Source: Chloroflexota bacterium
GTDB lineage: Bacteria > Chloroflexota > UBA6077 > JACCZL01
Direction: 5' to 3'
DNA: 64,000 nt
NCBI GenBank assembly: GCA_046328125.1
Contig: JAXLXF010000004.1
Span: 118,280 to 182,279 of the forward strand
Both the position numbers and the translations under genes were made by a program. This document shows positions 53,304 to 61,041 of the stretch, in pieces. How positions within the stretch are numbered: position 1 is the first letter of the stretch; every line of letters begins with the position of its first letter. Under the pieces are notes generated by a model. It saw nothing but the letters and a program-made list of their open reading frames with translations. It ran no database searches and had not been told where the DNA came from.

Positions 53304-55403
53304 TCACTCCACCTGGCCGAGGCGGAAGCGGCGCAGCCAGCGGTCCAGCAGGCGGATCTTGATGCGGTACTCGTGGTCCACGTACTCGACGATCTGGTAG
53401 CCCAGGAGGTGGCGCAGGGCGCGGTCGATCGGCTGGTCGGAGAGGGTGGCGAGGCCGGCTGGCGTCACGACGCCGTCCGCGATGAACGGCAGCAGCTCGT
53501 TCTCCTCGGGGAAGTGGGTCTCCAGGCGGTAGAGGATCTCCTCGAAGATGGCGCCCTTGTCGCGGACGAACGTTTCGAGGGAGTCCTCCACGATCTGGCG
53601 GGTGATCCGAAGCGGGCGGTAGGCGTACCCTCTGACGATGTGCCCGCACAGCTGGCGGGTGATGTACGGGTGGCCGCCCGCCTCGCGGTAGATGTGGGCC
53701 AGGCTGTCCTCGTCGAACTGGACGCCCATGCCGCGCCCCAGCTGGGCCACCATCTCGCCGCAGACGTCCTCGTCCAGCGGCGGCAAAAAGACGTCCTGGT
53801 AGAACTGGAAGACCGGGTTCTCACGAGAGCCCCAGTTCGGAGTCTCGCTGACGAGCGGGTTGGCGGCGGTGACGACGCTGACGACGCGGCCCCTGGTGCG
53901 CTGCCCGACGCCTCTCAGGTAGGCGAAGAAGTCGGCGTACCCCTTGAAGCCGGGGTTCGCCTCGGAGATCGGCAGCATGTACTCCAGCTCGTCGATGGTG
54001 ATGACGATCTTGGTGTACGGCAGGGTCGGGTCGGCGTCGAGGGCGTCCAGCAGGCGGGCGAGGTCTTCGTCGAAGCGCAGGGCGTTGTGGTGGGTCTGAC
54101 GGATCGCGGTGTAGGTGGGGACCGCGCCGAGCTGCATCGTCTGGGCGGCAAGCTCGGGATCGAGCAGCTGGCGCTCGACCACCCGCTGATACAGCCGCCG
54201 CCCGATGGCCCAGTACAAATAGGCGCAGTCCTGCTGGCCGGTCCCCCTGATCTCCTGGAGATCGACGTACACCACCAGGTCCGAGGGGCGGGTCTCGCGG
54301 AGCTGGTACAAGAGCGAGGTCTTGCCGACTTTCCGGAGGCCGTAGATGCCGGTGTGGCGGCCATCGTCGATATTGGCGCGGATCTGGCGCAGCTCCAATT
54401 CTCGGCCGTAGAAGTGCCGGCCGGAGACCGGGAAGCGGTCGTCGTACAGGTTCCTTCGAGACAGCCAGCGATCTAACACCTGCTGGAGGTTGCCGCCGGT
54501 CAGGGTCTCGTGGTCCAGTGGCACGATCGCCTCGTGACTGTCGCCGATGAAGCGGTACAGCGCGTTGTGCCAGCGGGTCGCGTCTGGCAGGACCACGAAA
54601 GCCACGTCGCGGTTCAGCTCGGGGTACGGTGGATGAGCCAGCGCGTCCGGCACCTGGAGCAGGGTGGCCCAGTCGATGACATCCCGCAAGTAGCAGCGGA
54701 CGAGTACGTTGCCGCCGAGGCCGTAGCCGTCGGTGTACGCTGGCTGGGCGGTGCGGACGGTCAGGTCGGCGTACTCCTCAGTCAGCTTCTCGACGCGGAC
54801 GTCAAATCCCGCGCTTCGGAAGCAGCCGACGGTCTCGCGGCCAAGCTTCGAGGTGGTGACGAACCAGAGGGTGCGGTACCGTGGGTCGTCGCGGACCTCG
54901 GGCATCCCGAGCTGCTCGGCCTTGCGGGCGTATCGTGCGGCGGCGGCGAACTCCTTCTCGTCGCCGATATCGACAAGCAGGCTGGCGAGCGCCCAGTGCA
55001 GGCTGGCGGCGCCCGGGTTGCGGGTGAGACCTCTTCTGAGGGCGGCGGCGGCCTGCTCGTGGCGGCCCCGCAGCACCAGCAGTGAGGCGAGGCTGACGTA
55101 CATGGCTGGCGAGTCTGGGAAGCGTTTGAGGCCGTTCTGGAGGACGGCGATGGCGCGCTCGGTGCTGCCGGCCCGCTCGGAGACGTCGGCATAGGCGAGG
55201 TACAGATCGACGTGGGGCGCCCAGCCAATCGCCTCTTCGAGGAGGTCACGGGCGGGGCCCAGCTCGTTGCGGGCCTGGGCGGCTTCGGCCTGGCGGAACA
55301 GCCTCTCGGCCTTGGGAGACATCGGGGAGCTGAGGACGGCAGCGGGCGCCGCGCGGGCGGCCTGGGCAGGCCGCTTCGCCTGACGGGTGTTGCGTCGCTG
55401 CAT
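53304..55403 (-). CDS. TPR / restriction-endonuclease-like / Arch_ATPase (STAND-like) NTPase / C-terminal wHTH protein
   Basis: TPR-like repeats span aa ~45-185. The middle domain FRSAGFDVRVEKLTEEYADLTVRT..GNVLVRCYLRD is Mrr-like. FYGRELELRQIRANI..GIYGLRKVGKTSLL is Walker A and IVITIDELEYM is Walker B. The C-terminal LGYQIVEYVDHEYRIKIRLLDRWL is DUF234-like. ATG at 55403 has GGAG 7 nt upstream, and the track ORF starts at GTG 55448. Its stop lies 3 nt before the next gene's start. Confidence 0.75.
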   Translation of the reverse strand: MQRRNTRQAKRPAQAARAAPAAVLSSPMSPKAERLFRQAEAAQARNELGPARDLLEEAIGWAPHVDLYLAYADVSERAGSTERAIAVLQNGLKRFPDSPAMYVSLASLLVLRGRHEQAAAALRRGLTRNPGAASLHWALASLLVDIGDEKEFAAAARYARKAEQLGMPEVRDDPRYRTLWFVTTSKLGRETVGCFRSAGFDVRVEKLTEEYADLTVRTAQPAYTDGYGLGGNVLVRCYLRDVIDWATLLQVPDALAHPPYPELNRDVAFVVLPDATRWHNALYRFIGDSHEAIVPLDHETLTGGNLQQVLDRWLSRRNLYDDRFPVSGRHFYGRELELRQIRANIDDGRHTGIYGLRKVGKTSLLYQLRETRPSDLVVYVDLQEIRGTGQQDCAYLYWAIGRRLYQRVVERQLLDPELAAQTMQLGAVPTYTAIRQTHHNALRFDEDLARLLDALDADPTLPYTKIVITIDELEYMLPISEANPGFKGYADFFAYLRGVGQRTRGRVVSVVTAANPLVSETPNWGSRENPVFQFYQDVFLPPLDEDVCGEMVAQLGRGMGVQFDEDSLAHIYREAGGHPYITRQLCGHIVRGYAYRPLRITRQIVEDSLETFVRDKGAIFEEILYRLETHFPEENELLPFIADGVVTPAGLATLSDQPIDRALRHLLGYQIVEYVDHEYRIKIRLLDRWLRRFRLGQVE

Positions 55404-55706
55404 GGCCAGCTCCGAGTAGATGAATGCGAGCGCGGCGGTGGCTACCACGAGTGTACCCGGATTTCGCGGTCACACGAGGTACACGGGTACTCCGGCGTGG
55501 AACAAACGTGCCCGGCGTGGGGCAAACCCACGGTTCGACGGGGGCTGACCTGGAGTGGATCGGGCTGGTTTTGGCTTTGTTCCGGCCGGATCGATAGCTC
55601 GGGAGCTGGCGTGGCGACTGGCATGGGCGACTCCGACAGGGTGCTTGGTTGGAGTTACCCGTGGGAGCGCCTGTCGTGACAGCCAGATCGCTGATGGTGG
55701 CTGATG

Positions 55707-55754
55707 GAGAGAAGCCCCACCCCCTGACCCTCCCAATCGCAATTGAGATGGGGA
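55707..55754. repeat. diverged partial copy of repeat family R1
   Basis: gagaagccccaccccctgaccctcccaatcgcaattgagatgggga aligns by eye at roughly 75 percent with the reverse complement of 10741-10793. Confidence 0.5.
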
Positions 55755-56035
55755 TCGCGTTGCGAGGTGCAGTGCCTCGCACTCGGTCACCCATCAGCGA
55801 TGAGGAATTGGCAGTCATTTTGACGCTCGCCCTGAGCTCGACTTTGTCCATTTCGCCAGCACGCGAGTCTCGGCTCGCTCTAGAGCACCGGTAGGCCCAT
55901 CTGCGTTGCGCCGGGGTTTCTTCGCGGTCCTGTTTTCGGCCGACATCCAAAAACTCCGGCGCAAATTCGTGCCCTAGATAGGGATCGGTCTTGCGCAACC
56001 TCCAGGAACCACCCCAAATGGGCAAAGTCGAGCTA

Positions 56036-57179
56036 ATACCAAACCCGCGTAGCCTCGTCGCATAATTCTAGCAGCAGGCTGACCCGAGGATGTCATGGCA
56101 CGGCGAGGGCGGAGACTGGCGATCGAGTGGGCGGCGGGGGACGACGCGGCGAGCCTGTACGGGCGGTATCGACGTGAGCGGCGGGCGGACGTGCGGCCAC
56201 GGTTGCATGCGCTGTGGCTGGTGCGGAGCGGGCACCGCGCGCGAGGCGGCTGAGGTCCTCGGCGTGGACGAGCGATCGGTGCAGCGCTGGGCTGGGTGGT
56301 ATCGAGCCGGCGGACTGACACCGATCGAGGGACGGCATGCTGGCAGCCAGGGGGCGCCGTCGTTCTTGACGTCCGAGCAGAAGACGGAACTGGGGGACGA
56401 GGTGGCGACCGGGCGGTTCCGGACGGCGGCGGAGATCCGGCGCTGGGTCACCGAACGCTGGGGGGTGAGCTACACGGAGGGTGGGATGTATGCGCTGCTG
56501 CATCGGCTGCAGTGCACGCCGAAGGTGCCGCGCCCCATCCACGAGAAGACCGACCAGATGGCGCAGGTGCGGTGGAAAAAGGGGGGCTCGCGACGGCTCT
56601 CCAGGCAATCGGCCTGATGCGGGCCAGCCGCCTCGGCTTCGCCGACGAGATGCGCCTCGGGCTGCGCGGGACCAGTCGGCGCGCCTGGGGGCGCCGAGGC
56701 GTCACGGTCCGCCAGCGGCTCCAACTCACGTACGACTGGTGGTACCTGTTCGTCGCCGTCGACGGTCAGGCCGGCACCATCTCGTGGACCTGGCTCGACT
56801 CGATGAAGGCGACCGATCTCGTGCCACTCTTGGAGGCGTTGCGGACCGACGCCCCGCTCGACGCGCTCGTCTGGGACGGCGCCTCCAGCCACCGCGACGA
56901 CGCCGTCCGGGCGGTCGGCGTCCCACTGGTTCAGTTGCCCCCCTATAGCCCGGAGCTGAACCCGGCCGAGCGCCTGCTGGAGGAGATCCGCCGTCACACC
57001 GAAGGCCAGGTCTACGCTACCCTGGCCGACAAGGTCGCCGCCGTCAACGCCTTCCTGGACGACCTGGACGCCGACCCGGCCCGGGTCCGCAGCCTCTGTG
57101 GCTGGGACTGGATCAACGCCGCCATCGCCACCCTCCCAGCTCCCCTGGAAAAGGCGGCATAGCTATGCGGGATTGGTAT
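56036..57179 (+). mobile_element. IS630-family insertion sequence (1144 bp) flanked by a TA duplication
   Basis: The terminal inverted repeats are ataccaaacccgcgtag (56036-56052) and ctatgcgggattggtat (57163-57179). TA lies at 56034-56035 and at 57180-57181. A DDE_3 transposase is encoded inside. Confidence 0.85.
56095..57162 (+). pseudogene. IS630-family transposase, disrupted by an extra frameshift in the HTH region
   Basis: Segment 1 (ATG 56095) encodes MARRGRRLAIEWAAGDDAASLYGRYRRERRADVRPRLHALWLVRSG and stops at 56251. The HTH continues in another frame: TAREAAEVLGVDERSVQRWAGWY...KVPRPIHEK. After the A5G6 run (56576-56586) the DDE part (FADEMRLGL..VAVDG..WDGASSH..PYSPELNPAE) is back in the first frame. 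The second shift fits a programmed -1 frameshift. The first does not. Confidence 0.75.
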
Positions 57180-57572
57180 TAGCACACCAGAGTGCTGAGG
57201 GCTGAGCTAGCAGCCTAAGTCGAAGCTGCTCTTGCGAAGCCGAGGAGGGCATCCTCTTCAGATCTGATTCTCGAGGCGAACGGAGGACGTTGATCTCCTT
57301 CGCACAGCTACATCTAGGGGGCTCTGGCCGGGTCTGGTTTCGAGAATCTCTACTCGTCGCAGGGAAATCTCGGCACAGTGGCTGGGAGCACCGTGCCCGG
57401 CTCCTCCATGTAGTGGATCGGCGACGGCCCGGCACCGGTCCACTGTTGACGGAGTAGATCCTGGCTGTACACTCAGCACCGACCGGGCAGACACGACAAT
57501 CCAGGGAGCAGGTTCTCCCTTCAGTTTCAGTGAGTAGGCGCCGGTGGGCCACGTCGCACGAGGGACTGTATT

Positions 57573-57730
57573 GTGGACGGGCAGGTACCTCAACGTCTCC
57601 TGTTGGTCGATGATGAGCCAATGATCGCAGCGACGCCGACGCTGCTTTTGGAGCTCGCGGGGTTTGGCGTTCTCCACATCCGCGACGGCGACGAGGCAAT
57701 GCAGCGGATTGCCGAGAGCACATCCGACCG
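57573..57730 (+). pseudogene. response-regulator receiver domain fragment (first ~50 aa only)
   Basis: GTG at 57573 opens ..RLLLVDDEPMIAATPTLLLELAGFGVLHIRDGDEAMQRIAES, which is the beta1-alpha1-beta2-alpha2 part of a REC domain. Similarity is then lost. The phospho-acceptor Asp region is absent. Confidence 0.5.
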
Positions 57731-57783
57731 GACTCTCTGCATCGGGATCAAGCCGGCAACACAGTGGGGAGGACAGTTTCGAC

Positions 57784-58563
57784 ATGACGCCACGGATGCT
57801 TCGGCCCTTGGTCGCCCTACTCGTCGTTTTGACGGCTGGCTGTACGCCGGGAGCCGGAGTCGCCCCGAGTACGACGTCCACGCCCGACCTCTCAGCTCAG
57901 GCTACGAGCACGGCGATTGCAGCCGAGCGCGATCGTCCGACTATCCAAGTCGCCGCCGCGACGCCAGCCGCTAGCCCATTGGCACCCGCTACCATTGCCG
58001 CTCCCCCGACCACGCCCATCGTCGCCAGCGCGTCCCCAGCCGCTAGCCCCTCAGTACCCGTTGCCGCTGCCGCTCCCCCGCGCCCGAATCAAATCCTGGC
58101 CGGTGATTTTGGTAGAGCAGCACCCGTTGCCGCTGCCGCTCCCCCGCGCACGCCCATCGTCGTCGCAGCGACGTCGGTTCCACCGCAAAGCCCCACTCCA
58201 GTCCCGTCGCCAGACCCGAGGCTGACCGGCGCGGGAACAACTGGGGAGTGGATCGCGAGCACCGATTTTGGCAACTTTGGCTTCACCGTGAACGCTGAAC
58301 AGACTGGTATCGTGAAGTTCACCGTTGAGCCGTCGCAGAAGCCGTGTCGTCTGATAACCACTCCGGGAGGGGTAACCCTGATGCCTGAAGAACCATCGCC
58401 CATCGTGAATAACCGGTTCAACCTGCAAACAGGTGTGTTCGACATCAGGGTCAGTTTCGACGGCGAATTCGAACCGACGCGCACGTCGGCGTCAGGAGCT
58501 TGGCGCGTTACGGGAGAGGGCGGGTGCTCGGTTTCAGGCACGTGGACAGCTCACCCACGGTGA
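57784..58563 (+). CDS. hypothetical lipoprotein with Ala/Pro-rich repeat linker
   Basis: MTPRMLRPLVALLVVLTAGC contains a lipobox. The linker has a duplicated 26-nt segment (58058-58083 and 58133-58158) encoding PVAAAAPPR. I do not recognise the C-terminal ~110-aa beta-rich domain. Confidence 0.6.
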   Translation: MTPRMLRPLVALLVVLTAGCTPGAGVAPSTTSTPDLSAQATSTAIAAERDRPTIQVAAATPAASPLAPATIAAPPTTPIVASASPAASPSVPVAAAAPPRPNQILAGDFGRAAPVAAAAPPRTPIVVAATSVPPQSPTPVPSPDPRLTGAGTTGEWIASTDFGNFGFTVNAEQTGIVKFTVEPSQKPCRLITTPGGVTLMPEEPSPIVNNRFNLQTGVFDIRVSFDGEFEPTRTSASGAWRVTGEGGCSVSGTWTAHPR

Positions 58564-58690
58564 TGTCACCAGCAGGCTTGACGAATCCCTGTGGTCCTAG
58601 CAATCGATCTCGGCGGAGCGTGGCAGGCAAACGATCGAGCTGTGCTGTCCGTTGCATGTCCCACAGATAGGTGTGAGGGTCACGCAGCAA
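58508..58690 (-). pseudogene. HepT (DUF86) toxin remnant
   Basis: The ATG at 58690 overlaps the MntA 3' end by 11 nt, which is typical TA coupling. MLRDPHTYLWDMQRTAQL matches the HepT N-terminus. The sequence then diverges, with no RxxxxH motif and only 60 codons. The convergent lipoprotein gene ends inside it. Confidence 0.5.
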
Positions 58691-58988
58691 AGAGAGGCAC
58701 CTTTGTCGCGTCGATGGCCTTGCGGAGATACGGATTGACGACCGTGGAGTCCACCACGAGGTCGATGGGCTGGTGGAACAGGTCTTCGAGCGCCGCGAGT
58801 AGGCCTAAGTACGCCCTTGCAAACGCCCCGGGCGGCAGCTCATCGAACTCGACCAGGAAGTCGAGGTCGCTCTCGCCTGGACGGTCGGTGCCTCTGGCCG
58901 CCGAGCCGAACAGGTCGAGCCGCCGCACGTGAAACGCGCGGCACAACTGCTCGACGTCGTGCTGGTGGCGGACGAGATCGGGACTCAC
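58680..58988 (-). CDS. MntA-type nucleotidyltransferase (type VII TA antitoxin)
   Basis: LDLFGSAARGTDRPGESDLDFLVEF is the GSxxxGx..DxD motif. GTG at 58988 lies 4 nt after GGAGGGAGG. The track ORF starts 5 codons earlier. Confidence 0.75.
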   Translation of the reverse strand: MSPDLVRHQHDVEQLCRAFHVRRLDLFGSAARGTDRPGESDLDFLVEFDELPPGAFARAYLGLLAALEDLFHQPIDLVVDSTVVNPYLRKAIDATKVPLFAA

Positions 58989-59085
58989 GCGGCCTCCCTC
59001 CACGAGTGTATCGCATAGGATCGGGTGCCCAACGGGTCTCTGCGTCTGCTTGCCTGGGCCGTGGGTTGAATCCCACGGCGTGCGG

Positions 59086-60414
59086 CTACTGCCCCACGGC
59101 CAGCGGCAGGCGTGGCGCCGGCCGCGACGCCGGGAACAGGTGGCTCTGGGTCGCGGCGGTGGCCGGCGCCTGTCCGAGAATCGCGCGGTACACCTCGGCG
59201 GCGTCCCGACACATCCGGGCCGGATTGTGGTACTCCTCGACCCGCCGCCGCCCGGCCCGCCCGAACCGTCGCCGCAGCTCCGGGTCGCGCAACACGCGCA
59301 GCAGCGCCTCGGCCAGGACTGGCGCCGAGTTGGGCTCCACCAGGAAGCCAGCCTCGCCGTCGATCACCATCTCGGGGGTGCCGCCGCTCTTCCAGGCCAC
59401 GATCGGCTTCGCCATCGCCATCGCCTCCAGGAACGCGATGGCGCACGGCTCCTCCCAGGTCGGCAGCGACATCACGTCGAACGCCGCCAGCAGCTGGGGG
59501 ATGTCCTTGCGGAAGCCGGTGAAGATCACGTTCTCCTCGATGCCGAGACGACGGGCCTGCGCCTTCAGCTCCGCGAGGTAGCTGCCCCGGACAGGGTCGG
59601 CACGCGGGTCGTCCTCGCCGACGACGGCCAGCCGGACCTCGGGGATCTGCTCCTTGACGATCGCCAGGGCGTCCAGCAGCCAGTGATGTCCCTTGTAGCG
59701 GAACAGTCGCGCCGTGATCCCGATCAGCGGCTGGTCTGGACGGACCCCCAGCTCCTGCCGAGTCGGGCCGCCGTCGATGGTCGGATCCCACCGGGACCCT
59801 GCCAGGTCGAGCGAGTTGACGATGTGGAAGACGCGCTGTGGGTCGTGGCCGGCGGCGTTGGCCGAGTTGGCCACGAACGACGAGACCCCGACGATGGCGT
59901 CCGCGTGGTCGAGCGCCCAGCGAGCGGTGCCCTTGATCCAGTCGGCGTGCTTGACGTGCAGGTGAACGATGCTCTTCGCGCCGCTCAGCTTGCCCACCAG
60001 CACGCCGTAGAAGGCGTCTCTGGGCTTCTCAGTGCCGTGGATCACCTGAATGCGGTTCCGCCTGACGTACCGTGCCAGCCCGAGCAGGCTGAACGGGACC
60101 GGCGCCATCAGCGGCAGCCGCAGCAGCTTGGTGTGCTTCGGCAGGTCGAACATCGTCGGCCCGAAGTAGGTCGGCCGGACCGTCAGGTTCGGGATCGCGC
60201 GGAACCGCCGCGCGCTGGCGAGGTCCGGGTCCTCGAACTCGGTGGTGGTCAGCGCGACGTGCGGCCGGACGATGCTCCGGTCGAAGTGACGCAGCATGAG
60301 CGCCTGAATCCCCGAGTCCGCGCCGAAGTACTGCTGGGACTGCATGAACATGACGCGAAGCAAGAGAGCCTCCCGCAACTGATACCTGTCATTCCCGGGG
60401 CTTGTGACCAGCAC
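59086..60414 (-). CDS. GT4-family glycosyltransferase
   Basis: It has a C-terminal Glycos_transf_1 signature: FLEAMAMAKPIVAWKSGGTPEMVIDGEAGFLVEP. The start is uncertain between GTG 60414 and TTG 60363, which lies 5 nt after GGGAGG. Confidence 0.85.
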   Translation of the reverse strand: MLVTSPGNDRYQLREALLLRVMFMQSQQYFGADSGIQALMLRHFDRSIVRPHVALTTTEFEDPDLASARRFRAIPNLTVRPTYFGPTMFDLPKHTKLLRLPLMAPVPFSLLGLARYVRRNRIQVIHGTEKPRDAFYGVLVGKLSGAKSIVHLHVKHADWIKGTARWALDHADAIVGVSSFVANSANAAGHDPQRVFHIVNSLDLAGSRWDPTIDGGPTRQELGVRPDQPLIGITARLFRYKGHHWLLDALAIVKEQIPEVRLAVVGEDDPRADPVRGSYLAELKAQARRLGIEENVIFTGFRKDIPQLLAAFDVMSLPTWEEPCAIAFLEAMAMAKPIVAWKSGGTPEMVIDGEAGFLVEPNSAPVLAEALLRVLRDPELRRRFGRAGRRRVEEYHNPARMCRDAAEVYRAILGQAPATAATQSHLFPASRPAPRLPLAVGQ

Positions 60415-60583
60415 GAGGTTGAACAGTGCAGAAACGACGCCGAAGGGCGCAAAGCCGTGGTCGCACCCTCATCTGAATGAACGTCCCGGACGGCCGGATA
60501 GTGGCGACCATCAAGCACAGAGCGCACAACAGCCGAGCTCACAGGTAGAGCGGGCCGTCAAGCTCCCGTTGTCATGGTGCGCT

Positions 60584-60791
60584 CCCACTGTCATCCTGAG
60601 CCCACCCTGTCATCCTGAGATCGACCATGCGCCTCGGCGCACCAACCCTAATGAAAATGCCCGTTTACCAGGGTTTTGTGTGATCGACGGGCTATTTTCA
60701 CGAGAGCCTGCGAAGGATCTCACATGCCTGCCCTGCTCTCAGGGAGTTGCGCTGCTCTGTCGGAAGATCCTTCGCAGGCTCAGGATGACAA
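60584..60791. repeat. composite palindromic repeat, family R2, copy B (with a duplicated 5' half-unit)
   Basis: Layout: cccactgtcatcctgag (60584-60600), cccaccctgtcatcctgag (60601-60619), the 87-nt insert (60620-60706), cctgcgaaggatctcac (60707-60723), a spacer, then the inverted unit ggaagatccttcgcaggctcaggatgacaa (60762-60791). Confidence 0.9.
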
Positions 60792-61041
60792 TTGGGTGGC
60801 GGCATCGGACATCGTGCTGTGCCCAGCTGGAGCGTCGCGGCGGCGTGCGTCACGATGCCGCGATATGTCCGTTCGGACGTGACCAGATCGGCCGCCTCGC
60901 TCGTTCAACATGTGGCGGGCGACGCGGACCGCGCTGCCAGCCTGACCAGCGTACGAGCGAGAGGGACACGGCGTGATCGGGACGACGAGGGCTCGGGCCA
61001 CCAGCCCGTTCGGCAAGCGGGCTACCAACCCGTTCGGCAGG

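Noticed and set aside
55449-56031. Small ORFs (55442-55624, 55470-55790, 55649-55894, 55246-56025) between the STAND operon and the IS630 element
   Set aside because: They lack an SD sequence, have low-complexity composition, and one translates the R1 repeat. I treat the region as promoter and leader DNA.
56090-56617. ATG 56090 (MSWHGEGGDW...) as the IS630 OrfA start
   Set aside because: The first 45 codons in that frame are Gly/Arg/Cys-rich nonsense. The frame starting at ATG 56095 gives the family-typical N-terminus (..RLHALWLV..), so the locus is better explained as a frameshifted transposase.
57258-57881. 207-aa - strand ORF across the REC stub and the lipoprotein start
   Set aside because: It overlaps two better-supported + strand features and has no motifs or start context.
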